Shown piece after piece: positions 26,875 through 34,930 of a stretch of DNA of 64,000 bases. Within the stretch, counting starts at the first letter, position 1. Each line of letters starts with the position of its first letter. The position numbers and the translations under genes were made by a program. The stretch is from Candidatus Omnitrophota bacterium (GTDB taxonomy: Bacteria; Omnitrophota; Omnitrophia; Omnitrophales; Aquincolibacteriaceae), in the NCBI GenBank assembly GCA_043821445.1, contig JBDRCT010000005.1:2593-66592 (forward strand), given 5' to 3'. The notes under the pieces are model-generated. The model was not told where the DNA came from. It made no database searches and was given only the letters and a program-made list of their open reading frames with translations.

Positions 26875-27246
26875 TCAGACCCCCGTCAGCTTCTGGATCG
26901 TTTCGGTGAACAATTGCGGGTTGAAAGGCTTGACCATGTACGCGTCGGCTCCGGCCTGCTCCGCAAGCTTTTTGTCCGCTTCACTCCCCTTGGCCGAAAA
27001 AATGATCACCGGGGTATTTTCAAAAGCTTTGTCGAACTTGAGTATCCGGCAGACTTTATAACCGTCGAGTTTCGGAAGCATAAGATCCAGCAGGATCGCA
27101 TCCGGAGATTCTTTGCGTGCAAGGTTCAAACCCTCTTGACCGTCTTGGGCGATCAAAACTTCAAAACCCATGGCCGTCAGACGCGTATTGACGATCACTT
27201 GAACATTGGGTTCATCATCCACCAAAAGGATCCTTTTTTTCATCAA
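26875..27246 (-). CDS. stand-alone response-regulator receiver (CheY-like)
   Basis: The 123-aa protein carries the receiver acidic pocket (LLVDDEP), the phospho-acceptor (LLDLMLP) and the receiver Lys (YMVKP). There is no output domain. Confidence 0.85.
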   Translation of the reverse strand: MMKKRILLVDDEPNVQVIVNTRLTAMGFEVLIAQDGQEGLNLARKESPDAILLDLMLPKLDGYKVCRILKFDKAFENTPVIIFSAKGSEADKKLAEQAGADAYMVKPFNPQLFTETIQKLTGV

Positions 27247-27321
27247 ATGCCCTTCACCTGGCTTTCATTCTATTAAAATAAAAGTTCATTGACCCGATTT
27301 TTTCCGATATCCCTATCCTCG

Positions 27322-27390
27322 ACTAGTTTTTTAATTGCAAACTAGTGTTGTCCAAGTCATCGTTCAAAAAAATAAAATTAAGACTTGGGC
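27322..27390 (+). repeat. double-hairpin structured repeat, copy C
   Basis: Hairpin 1 is ACTAGTTT-tttaattgc-AAACTAGT. Hairpin 2 is GTCCAAGTC, a 23-nt A-rich loop, then GACTTGGGC, identical in its stems to copy A. It spans the stop codon of the 27378..27743 gene and lies 75-140 nt upstream of the receiver gene. Confidence 0.65.
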
Positions 27391-27743
27391 TGTTTATTGA
27401 AGGACTTGTTGAAATCCTGCCATTGCTGCGCGAGTTCCTTCTGAATCTGCTGGGTCTTTTCCTGGAGTTGTTTGGCAAGCGCATCCCATTGCTGCTGAAG
27501 TGTTTTAACGGTTTCCTGGACCTCGGCTTCCACCTTCTTGGAAGACTCAGCGACCTTTATGGCCCCCGTCGAAAGACCCTCACCGGCCGTGTCCTTCAAC
27601 TCCCGGGCCACCTCACCTGCCTGCCTGCCAAGGCTTTGGGGCGCGGCCTGGGTCCCAAGAGAAGCCTGCTCGTCCGCCGCATAAACCATCCCGGCTACAG
27701 CAAAGATCATGGCAACTGTGAATGCTACAAGTTTATATTTCAT
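27378..27743 (-). CDS. secreted coiled-coil protein (signal peptide, Gln/Lys-rich)
   Basis: The 121-aa protein begins with an MKYKLVAFTVAMIFAVAGMVYA signal peptide. A GGAGG Shine-Dalgarno precedes the start. No family recognised. Confidence 0.5.
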   Translation of the reverse strand: MKYKLVAFTVAMIFAVAGMVYAADEQASLGTQAAPQSLGRQAGEVARELKDTAGEGLSTGAIKVAESSKKVEAEVQETVKTLQQQWDALAKQLQEKTQQIQKELAQQWQDFNKSFNKQPKS

Positions 27744-27770
27744 AATTCCTCCGAGCTTAAGGGACGCTCA

Positions 27771-27905
27771 TCGTACGGCGTAAGGAGTGCGGCCCTGACT
27801 CTTATAAAGATACAAGGAAGTCAGGACCGCACTAATTTCCTTATTAGTTTTTAATGAAAAATCAGTGCAGAGAAGAAACACCGTACGCCGTACACCTTGC
27901 ACCTT
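27771..27905. repeat. nested palindromic repeat, copy 1 (outer GTACGGCGTA/TACGCCGTAC arms enclosing a 15-bp-arm inner palindrome)
   Basis: The outer arms are CGTACGGCGTAA (27772-27783) and GTACGCCGTAC (27883-27893). Inside them, AGTGCGGCCCTGACT (27786-27800) pairs with AGTCAGGACCGCACT (27819-27833) at 14 of 15 positions. A CCTTGCACCTTAC tail follows. Confidence 0.6.
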
Positions 27906-27913
27906 ACCCCGTA

Positions 27914-29371
27914 CTAACTTCTTAGTGCTCCCTCACTATAAGCTTTGTGACACTCCTTCTTTTTCGAAGCGGGACACTCTCCCATCCAGCAATAAAGACA
28001 CAACTTCTCTTTCGGAAGCCCGACGGCTTCGACCATATCGTCTACCGTCTGATAGCGGAGCGTCGTAACGTTCAGGTCCTTACGGATCCATTCGATCATT
28101 TTCTGGTGTTTTGGAGAATTGGAGTCCACATATTCGGAAACGTCTTCGATGTCCTGTCCTTCCAGTTCCCGGATCGCCTTGCGCGCCGCCAGTTCGTGAA
28201 TGCTCCGCGTAGAAAGGCAGAACTTGCACGGGTACATCAGGGGCGGACAGGCGGGACGAACGTGGACTTCCTTCGCACCGGCTTCCCAAAGTTTGCTGAT
28301 GGTGAAATTTTTGAGCTGGGTCCCGCGTACAATGGAATCATCGCATACGACGACGCGGTTGTCCCGGATGATCTCCCGGATGGGAATGAGCTTCATTTTT
28401 GCGATAAGATCCCGCTTTTCCTGGGTGGGCGGCATATAACTGCGCCCATACCCCGGCGTGTATTTCACAAGCGGTCGGCGAAAAGGTTTGCCGCTTTCTA
28501 TGGCGTATCCGATCGCATGACTCGTCCCGGAATCTGGAACCCCGGAGACCATATCGATTTCAATATCTTTATCGCGCCGCGCAAGGGCCGCACCGCACCG
28601 TTCACGGGTGGCTTCGGTATTGATGCCCTCATAATCGGAGGCGGGAAATCCTGTGTAGATCCAAAGAAATGTACAGATCTGCATTTCTTCCAAGCCCTCT
28701 TTCTTGGATTGGATACCGTCTTCGGTCAAGAGCACGATCTCCCCCGGCATCATATATTTCATCACCTTGAAATCATCGTTGGGAAATGATGACGTCTCGG
28801 AGGCCACTGCGTAAGCGCCCGGCCGCCTTGCGATCACAAGCGGTGTATACCCTAAGCGATCCCGCGCAGCATAAATCCCGTCGCGATTCAAAACAAGAAG
28901 CGAGCAGGACCCCTCGATCTTCTCGAACATCCCCTCGATCCCGCTGACAAGATCATCCCCGAGCGTGATGAGCCGGGCGATCAGTTCGGTCGTATTCACA
29001 GGCCCTTTGGCGCTCATCTCGGCAAAGGAGTGCCCTCGTTGCAGAAGTTCTTGGACAAGGCTCTGTGCGTTCTCAATGAGCCCCATGGTCACGATGCAGA
29101 ACGGGCCGAACTTTGAATTGAGATAAATAGGCTGCTCATGGGAATCGCTGACCGCCCCGATCCCCTTATGGCCCTTGAGCTGCGGCAAGTCATCGAAGAA
29201 TTTGGACTTGAACTGACTTTGGCTGATCCCGTGGATCTGGCGCGCGAATTTCTCGCCCTCCATGACCGCAAGCCCGCCAAACTCCGTCCCGAGATGAGAA
29301 TGATAATCCGTACCGTAAAAAAGAGAATCGGTGCAATGCGTTTTAGAAACGATCCCGTAAATCCCGCTCAT
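27914..29371 (-). CDS. amidophosphoribosyltransferase-like protein (PurF family) with Ser at the N-terminal nucleophile position
   Basis: The protein is collinear with PurF, with both the Ntn-glutaminase and PRTase domains (VVVCDDSIVRGTQ). It begins Met-Ser-Gly-Ile (codons atg agc ggg att), where PurF has Met-Cys-Gly-Ile. A Cys-rich C-terminus (CLYCWMGEC) is present. Confidence 0.7.
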   Translation of the reverse strand: MSGIYGIVSKTHCTDSLFYGTDYHSHLGTEFGGLAVMEGEKFARQIHGISQSQFKSKFFDDLPQLKGHKGIGAVSDSHEQPIYLNSKFGPFCIVTMGLIENAQSLVQELLQRGHSFAEMSAKGPVNTTELIARLITLGDDLVSGIEGMFEKIEGSCSLLVLNRDGIYAARDRLGYTPLVIARRPGAYAVASETSSFPNDDFKVMKYMMPGEIVLLTEDGIQSKKEGLEEMQICTFLWIYTGFPASDYEGINTEATRERCGAALARRDKDIEIDMVSGVPDSGTSHAIGYAIESGKPFRRPLVKYTPGYGRSYMPPTQEKRDLIAKMKLIPIREIIRDNRVVVCDDSIVRGTQLKNFTISKLWEAGAKEVHVRPACPPLMYPCKFCLSTRSIHELAARKAIRELEGQDIEDVSEYVDSNSPKHQKMIEWIRKDLNVTTLRYQTVDDMVEAVGLPKEKLCLYCWMGECPASKKKECHKAYSEGALRS

Positions 29372-29445
29372 AGATTTTCCGTCCTCTCTTAGTTGGTGGC
29401 GAACGCGACGCAGACTTCGCGTAACACCCTTCGTTCTACTTTGCG

Positions 29446-30237
29446 TTAGTTTTTATAGTATTTTTCCGCCTCCGGAATTTCTTTGTTAATGTCCGCGATC
29501 CGGCGCGCGTTCGCGGGATGGGTGGAGAGCAGTTCCGGGGGTTTCGCTCCCCCCAAAGAACTCATCCTTTCCCAGAAGGCGACGGCGGTCTTGGGGTCAT
29601 AGCCCGCCCGGGCCATGAGGACCAGTCCGATATGGTCCGCTTCAGATTCATGACTCCGGCTGTACGGCAAAAGAACCCCGACCTGGGAACCGGCTCCGTA
29701 GGCCTGCATCAGGATGTTTTGAGCCAATGCGGGTTTTGATTTCATGATCTGCGCGAGCCCCATGCCGCCCGCCTGGACTAGAAGTTCCTGACTCATGCGC
29801 TCGCCGCCATGATTTGCGATCGCATGCGCCACTTCATGGCTCATCACCGTCGCCAGACCGTTCTCATCTTTTACGACCGGAAGGATTCCGGTGTAAACCA
29901 CGATCTTTCCGCCCGGCATGCAAAACGCGTTCACGGTCTTGTCATCTTGGATCAGATTGAATTCCCATTTGTAGTTCGCGAGGTCTTTTTCCATCCCGTT
30001 CTCACGCATGAAAGTCCCGGCCGAGGCCGCGATCTTCTGACCGACCTCCGTGACCTTCTGATTCCATGGCGCGTCGGTCGAGAGGGTGGACTTACTCAAA
30101 ACTTCCTTGTAGCTTTGATCGCTCAGAGTCAGAAGTTCTCCTTGGGGGATAAAGGAAAGTTGTTTGCGGCCCGTGATCGGAACCGTCGAACAGCCGATGA
30201 GAAAAAGCAGTATCGCGAGGTGGAATATTTTTTTCAT
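29446..30237 (-). CDS. M48-family zinc metallopeptidase lipoprotein (BepA/LoiP-like)
   Basis: The protein has an LIGC lipobox and an HEVAHAIANH zinc motif. It is 263 aa. Confidence 0.8.
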   Translation of the reverse strand: MKKIFHLAILLFLIGCSTVPITGRKQLSFIPQGELLTLSDQSYKEVLSKSTLSTDAPWNQKVTEVGQKIAASAGTFMRENGMEKDLANYKWEFNLIQDDKTVNAFCMPGGKIVVYTGILPVVKDENGLATVMSHEVAHAIANHGGERMSQELLVQAGGMGLAQIMKSKPALAQNILMQAYGAGSQVGVLLPYSRSHESEADHIGLVLMARAGYDPKTAVAFWERMSSLGGAKPPELLSTHPANARRIADINKEIPEAEKYYKN

Positions 30238-30339
30238 GAGGCCTATCTCCGTTCGGGTAAAGAAGATGCGATTCTGGATATTCCTTACCGTGATGTGATA
30301 TTATACAATAAAGATCGTTCCGTGGAGGACAAAATTCAA

Positions 30340-31698
30340 ATGACTTTCACCCAAAAACAGCATCCCGTTTTGAGTTCTTTTCTGGTTTTGTCCCTTGTTT
30401 TTTCCGGCTGTGTCCGGTACCGGCCTCACCCCACAGAACGCACATCCTTCATGGAAAGAGCGCAAACTCAAACGCGTGACAACCTGACGGTCACCCTGAC
30501 GGTCCTGAGCAACAAAGAGGCAAAAAAATTCTTCGGCACCTCCCTTTCCAAAAGAGGCATACAGCCCCTTTGGCTCGAGATCGACAACCGCAGTGACAAC
30601 ACCTACTTTTTTATCCCCAGGAATATGGACCCCAATTATTATTCTGCGGAAGAGGCCGCCTATATGGCCCACTACAAGCAGACCCGGCAGTTCTTCGAAG
30701 CGGGTCTCCTCGCGGTCATTTTCTTCCCGGCCCTCGTCTTGGTCCCGGTCAATTTTTTCAGGATCCGCTACGCAAATAAAAAAATGGACAAGATCTTCGA
30801 AGAAGTGTCCATGCATAGTTATGTCATCCATCCTGGCAAAAAACACGAGGGGTTTCTTTACACCTCCGTTGACCAGGGCATCAAGCACGTCAAGGTTGAT
30901 CTTATAGGGGACCCACAGCGTGAAGTCTTTGACTTTGTGGTGACGGTCCCGGGCATGAAACCTGACTACACCACGAAGGATTTCGCGAACCGTTATTCAA
31001 AAGAAACGATCCTGAAATACACGGATGAGGATTTTCCCAAAGAGCTTGAACAGCTTCCCTGCTGTGCCACCAACAAGAAAGGCACTCAAAACGGCGACCC
31101 GCTGAACCTCGTGGTGATCGGAGAGCTTGAAAACCTGATCACGATCTTCACTTCTTCGGGTTGGGATGAGACCTCCGTGCTCACGATGAGTTCCGGATTT
31201 TCGATGGCTAAGGCGTTCCTCACGGGAGAAAACGACCGCTACTCCCCGGTCAGTCCGCTTTACTATCGCGATCATCCGCAGGACATCGCGTTCCAGAAAA
31301 CGCGAGACAATATCAACCAACGCCTGCATTTCCGCCTCTGGTACACTTCGATGCGTTACAACGGAAAGCCCGTTTGGATAGGGGCCATCAGCCGCGATAT
31401 CGGGGTCAAATTCACCTTCAAAAACTGGTACATGACCACGCACAAGATCGATCCGAACCTGGACGACTCGCGTGATTATCTCTTGGCAGACATGCTTGAA
31501 GTGGAAAAGGTCTCAAGATATGGTTTCATCGAAAACACCGCGCTTGAACAACCGACCCATAAAAATAAGAATCTCACCAACGACCCTTACTTCACGGACA
31601 ACAAACGGCTCGTGATGGAACTTTCGACCGAAGATACCCCGCTCCAGGCTTTCCCGTGGGGACGTCTGAGTGAAGATGTAACATTGAAAAAGACGTAA
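30340..31698 (+). CDS. lipoprotein of unknown function (possibly an LssY-like C-terminal domain)
   Basis: A GGAGG Shine-Dalgarno lies 12 nt before the ATG at 30340. The N-terminus MTFTQKQHPVLSSFLVLSLVFSGC carries a lipobox. The ORF-track start at 29809 runs through the upstream antisense region and is unlikely. Confidence 0.5.
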   Translation: MTFTQKQHPVLSSFLVLSLVFSGCVRYRPHPTERTSFMERAQTQTRDNLTVTLTVLSNKEAKKFFGTSLSKRGIQPLWLEIDNRSDNTYFFIPRNMDPNYYSAEEAAYMAHYKQTRQFFEAGLLAVIFFPALVLVPVNFFRIRYANKKMDKIFEEVSMHSYVIHPGKKHEGFLYTSVDQGIKHVKVDLIGDPQREVFDFVVTVPGMKPDYTTKDFANRYSKETILKYTDEDFPKELEQLPCCATNKKGTQNGDPLNLVVIGELENLITIFTSSGWDETSVLTMSSGFSMAKAFLTGENDRYSPVSPLYYRDHPQDIAFQKTRDNINQRLHFRLWYTSMRYNGKPVWIGAISRDIGVKFTFKNWYMTTHKIDPNLDDSRDYLLADMLEVEKVSRYGFIENTALEQPTHKNKNLTNDPYFTDNKRLVMELSTEDTPLQAFPWGRLSEDVTLKKT

Positions 31699-31706
31699 AA
31701 AGAGAC

Positions 31707-31748
31707 ACAAAAAAACCCCGCTGGCCGAAGCCAACGGGGTTCTTTGTA
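31707..31748. terminator. bidirectional intrinsic terminator between the lipoprotein gene and csp
   Basis: A run of As is followed by a CCCCGCTGGC / GCCAACGGGG hairpin with a cgaa loop, then TTCTTTGT. Confidence 0.7.
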
Positions 31749-31764
31749 GTTCCAGTTGTGGTTC

Positions 31765-31965
31765 TTAGATCTTCACAACGTTAGAGGCTTGTTCGCCCTT
31801 GGGACCGCGGGTCACTTCAAATTCGACCGCTTGGCCTTCTTCCAAAGACTTGTATCCCTCACCCTGAATCGCGGTGTGATGCACGAAGACATCAGCGCCA
31901 CCCTCACGGGAGATGAATCCATAGCCCTTTGAGTTGTTAAACCACTTTACTTTACCTTGTACCAT
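31765..31965 (-). CDS. cspA: cold-shock protein (CspA family)
   Basis: The 66-aa protein reads [18 protein letters not shown] ... VFVHHTAIQ, with the RNP1 and RNP2 motifs. An AAGGAG Shine-Dalgarno precedes the ATG at 31965. Confidence 0.9.
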   Translation of the reverse strand: MVQGKVKWFNNSKGYGFISREGGADVFVHHTAIQGEGYKSLEEGQAVEFEVTRGPKGEQASNVVKI

Positions 31966-32100
31966 GGTTGATATTGCTCCTTTCACTTGAATTATAGTAA
32001 CGCATGACAAGTTCAACCTTCACTACGGTAAAAACATCAACCTGGTGCAGTTGGAACTAGCCCGCTTTGTTGTCCCCTTCCGGGGAGTTCGAAACAGGGT

Positions 32101-32140
32101 AAAAACAAAAAACCGCAAGGTAAACATACAACCTTGCGGT
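32101..32140 (-). terminator. intrinsic terminator-like hairpin on the minus strand inside the csp 5' leader
   Basis: On the minus strand a perfect 9-bp ACCGCAAGG / CCTTGCGGT stem is followed by TTTTTTGTTTTT. It lies about 140 nt upstream of the csp start. Confidence 0.6.
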
Positions 32141-32249
32141 ACACATCATGTTCTACCTCCTGCTTACTACGAAAGAATTGTGCCCTATGTCGAACGGTTT
32201 GTCAAAGTTTATTTTAGCGCCGGCGGAGGTTCTCCGTTGTAAAGAAAAT

Positions 32250-32336
32250 GGTCCCAATACCTATCAATTTTCACGCAGTGGAAATTGGGGCCATCCTTGT
32301 CTGTCATTTAAGAAAAAAATCCAAGACAAGGATAGA
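32250..32336 (+). repeat. double-hairpin structured repeat, copy D, in the divergent csp / kinase-like intergenic region
   Basis: Hairpin 1 is CCCAAT..CAATTTTCAC-gcag-GTGGAAATTGGGG, with one T:G wobble on the plus strand. Hairpin 2 is ATCCTTGTC, a 23-nt A-rich loop, then GACAAGGAT. Confidence 0.7.
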
Positions 32337-32447
32337 TGGAGATATAATGCCTTTCGCTCTCTCATACGTTCGCATCTTAACCACCCTCATAGGGGGGCGA
32401 GCTAGAGTGCTTGCCTGTCCCTTGAGAGTACAAAAGAACAGGCTCCT

Positions 32448-33446
32448 ATGACGACACGCCGGGAAAGGTTACGCCGAAGATTCTCCGAATTCCGGTCGAA
32501 GTTCGCCGGACACATGCAAAAGGTCCGTCCTCGTGTCGCATTCAAGATCCTCGCCGGCACCGTGATCCTGTTCCCCTGGATGGCCGGTTCTCTTATGATC
32601 AGCGTTTTCAAGATCGGCTACTGGCGCAAGATCGCGAACTGCCAGACTTTTCTCAGCCGGCACGCACTCGCCTTTGACGGCATCGACCCGAAAACTCTCA
32701 CTGTGGAGTCCGTCTCAGGAGGGGTCAGCAATTTCAATCAGACGTGGCGGTGTCGAAAGAACACGGGAGAAGAGATCCGTTATTTCGTTAAGATCTTCCT
32801 CGATGCCGGAAGTTTTTGGGCCAAGCATCTCAGTTTTGTCAGCCCGTTTCCCGCCGTTTACGGCGGCAAGACCCACGAACGCTTTACCGTGGACGTGGTC
32901 AGCCGCGTCCAGCTCGACAAGATCGGCGTCCCGGTCCCGCGCCTCATCGCCTACGATGCGGTTGAAAAAGTCATGGTCACTGAACACATCGAAGGAGAGA
33001 CGGTCGATTCGGTCCTGGAGCGCATCGGTGAACGTCGGACGCTGGGTCCTGGGGATGAGGCCGTGCTCCGGCAATGTGCGATCGGCCTGGCGAAGATCCA
33101 CCGGGCGGGTTTTTCATTGATCGATACTCAGCCCGTCAACTGCATCTGGGTCGCGGTGGAGCAAAAGGTCTACTTCACGGACCTGGAGTTTTGCGGCAGT
33201 CAGGATAAAAGGGTGTGGGACATCGGATTCTTCTTGTGTTTCATCGCCGTGCGGCTTTCCGGCGCGGTGCGGCAAGAGGTACGCAATATTTTTCTGGAAA
33301 GTTACCAGAAAGAACGCCAGGTCGATCTTGCCCAGGTCACGGAAACCGGCCTCCAACTGCAGGAATATATGCCGGTCTTTCAAGCCGTCCTTGATATCCG
33401 CCGTTTCACCCCCGAAGAGCTCTTCGAAGGTCTCATTTCCACTTAA
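32448..33446 (+). CDS. membrane-anchored protein-kinase-like fold protein (Kdo/WaaP lipopolysaccharide-kinase family-like)
   Basis: An N-terminal transmembrane helix is followed by a kinase-like catalytic loop (IHRAGFSLIDTQPVNCIW) and a DFG-like segment (YFTDLEF). The family assignment was made by eye. Confidence 0.45.
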   Translation: MTTRRERLRRRFSEFRSKFAGHMQKVRPRVAFKILAGTVILFPWMAGSLMISVFKIGYWRKIANCQTFLSRHALAFDGIDPKTLTVESVSGGVSNFNQTWRCRKNTGEEIRYFVKIFLDAGSFWAKHLSFVSPFPAVYGGKTHERFTVDVVSRVQLDKIGVPVPRLIAYDAVEKVMVTEHIEGETVDSVLERIGERRTLGPGDEAVLRQCAIGLAKIHRAGFSLIDTQPVNCIWVAVEQKVYFTDLEFCGSQDKRVWDIGFFLCFIAVRLSGAVRQEVRNIFLESYQKERQVDLAQVTETGLQLQEYMPVFQAVLDIRRFTPEELFEGLIST

Positions 33447-33449
33447 TCT

Positions 33450-33515
33450 CGTACGGCGTACGGAGTACGGCGAAAAAAGCTTGTACGCCGCACACAAAAC
33501 GCCTTACACCTTACG
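33450..33515. repeat. nested palindromic repeat, copy 2 (short form with no inner insert)
   Basis: GTACGGCGTAC (33451-33461) pairs with GTACGCCGCAC (33483-33493) at 10 of 11 positions. A CGCCTTACACCTTACGAAC tail follows, homologous to the tail of copy 1. It lies between two convergent genes. Confidence 0.6.
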
Positions 33516-33521
33516 AACTCG

Positions 33522-33986
33522 TTAAAAATCCGCTCCCAGCCAGCTCACCCATTCTTGTTTCTTAGGGAATGCAAAAGCAAACCCTACGAGAGAAACGGCC
33601 GCGAACGGGATGAAATCGTAAGGCTGATGCCCGAGAAAGACCAGGACCATGCCGAGCAGTAACGGAAGCTCAGCCCCTGCGCTCATCAGAACCGTTCTCA
33701 TAAAAAGTTTTTGCGGTGAACGTTCCGTGTTCGGAACTTGAGCCGAAAAGGCGCTGAACATCCGGTGACTCAACTGCCCCATCGCGAAGATCCCGAGAAC
33801 CGACGCGGCCAAAGCTCCGTATTTCACAAGCGGATAGGTTTGGGCGTTCAGGGTCGCGGGGCCTACCTTTCCCATGTGCACCAAATAATACCCCATCGCT
33901 CCGTACGCCACGACGGAAGCCGCCAACCCGACCGTCATCCTTTGCGCCTGTGTATAAAATTTTTTCGCTATTTCTATCCGGTCCAT
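33522..33986 (-). CDS. hypothetical integral membrane protein (about 4 TM)
   Basis: The 154-aa ORF is hydrophobic throughout. No family recognised. Confidence 0.4.
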   Translation of the reverse strand: MDRIEIAKKFYTQAQRMTVGLAASVVAYGAMGYYLVHMGKVGPATLNAQTYPLVKYGALAASVLGIFAMGQLSHRMFSAFSAQVPNTERSPQKLFMRTVLMSAGAELPLLLGMVLVFLGHQPYDFIPFAAVSLVGFAFAFPKKQEWVSWLGADF

Positions 33987-34031
33987 GATCGTTCTCCTTT
34001 TTAAAAAGTGACGCGAGGAACGGCCATTTTT

Positions 34032-34496
34032 CTACCGCTTCAAACTTCCGCTCTCGTCATACACCTTGGGCATTCCCTCAACCTTTCCGCCCCTAAAAAC
34101 CCCCTCGCTTTCCAATTGCCCGTTTTCATAATAAGACCTATAGGGCCCTTCCGGTTTTCCATTCTGGAAAACGACCTCGAACTTCAACTGGCCGTTCTCA
34201 TAATAATCCCGCGACAATCCCTCATGTTCACCGTTCTTGAAAACCGCTTCGCCTTTGAGTTTCCCGTTCGCATAGTACCACCGGGACAGCCCTTCACGCT
34301 TTCCGTCCCGGTAAATTTCCTCGTCTTTCAATTGCCCGTTCGCATAATATTCTCGGTACGGCCCGTCCGGAACTTCGCAGCCCCAAAAACTGAATAGAAA
34401 CATCGAGATCAAAGCCGTTCCGACCCATCCGTTAAAGAAAGTTCCCGTTTTAATATTCACCCCCGCAACCCCCTCTTGTTCTCTTTCGTCTGTCAT
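34032..34496 (-). CDS. MORN-repeat (YwqK-like) protein with an N-terminal TM/signal segment
   Basis: Repeated YYxNGQLK..G motifs are present (YYANGQLKDEEIYRDGKREG, YYANGKLKGEAVFKNGEHEG, YYENGQLKFEVVFQNGKPEG, YYENGQLESEGVFRGGKVEG). The ATG at 34496 overlaps the upstream gene's stop as ATGA. Confidence 0.65.
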   Translation of the reverse strand: MTDEREQEGVAGVNIKTGTFFNGWVGTALISMFLFSFWGCEVPDGPYREYYANGQLKDEEIYRDGKREGLSRWYYANGKLKGEAVFKNGEHEGLSRDYYENGQLKFEVVFQNGKPEGPYRSYYENGQLESEGVFRGGKVEGMPKVYDESGSLKR

Positions 34497-34930
34497 CGGA
34501 ATTGTTCTTTGACTTTGGCGCGCGTGAAAAAAATAATAAAAAGGGCCGGAACGAGATTGAAAACGACCGAATAAAACACGATCGCGGGCGCGTGTTCCGC
34601 GACGCTTCCGCCCCCGCTCCAACGGGCGATCTCCACCGGCGCAATGCAGAACCCCCCGAGGATGGAAAGCCCCTGAACATAAATGAATATTTTACGGGCT
34701 ATTTCTCGCAAGAAAAATAAAAATATTCCTAATAAGACGAGGAGCACGGCCAAGATGATACTGAGAGGCTCCCCCATGATTATAAGCGTCGTGTTCATAA
34801 AAAAACAGGAAAGCGCCAAGAGGATGGGCGCTTTGACCCCCCAGTGAAAGCCCGCGATATAATCCAGAGTGATGAGATTGATCGCGATGAAATAGAGGGA
34901 TAGCACCGCTATGCCTCTAGACCTTTTCAT
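34493..34930 (-). CDS. small integral membrane protein (4 TM)
   Basis: I chose the internal start MKRSRGIAVLSLYF at 34930; the ORF-track 5' extension overlaps the upstream gene. It is translationally coupled to the MORN gene. Confidence 0.45.
   Translation of the reverse strand: MKRSRGIAVLSLYFIAINLITLDYIAGFHWGVKAPILLALSCFFMNTTLIIMGEPLSIILAVLLVLLGIFLFFLREIARKIFIYVQGLSILGGFCIAPVEIARWSGGGSVAEHAPAIVFYSVVFNLVPALFIIFFTRAKVKEQFR

Noticed and set aside
29809-30339. The 5' extension of the 629-aa ORF-track protein.
   Set aside because: The extension runs antisense through the M48 peptidase gene. A GGAGG Shine-Dalgarno and a lipoprotein signal at the internal ATG at 30340 define the real start.
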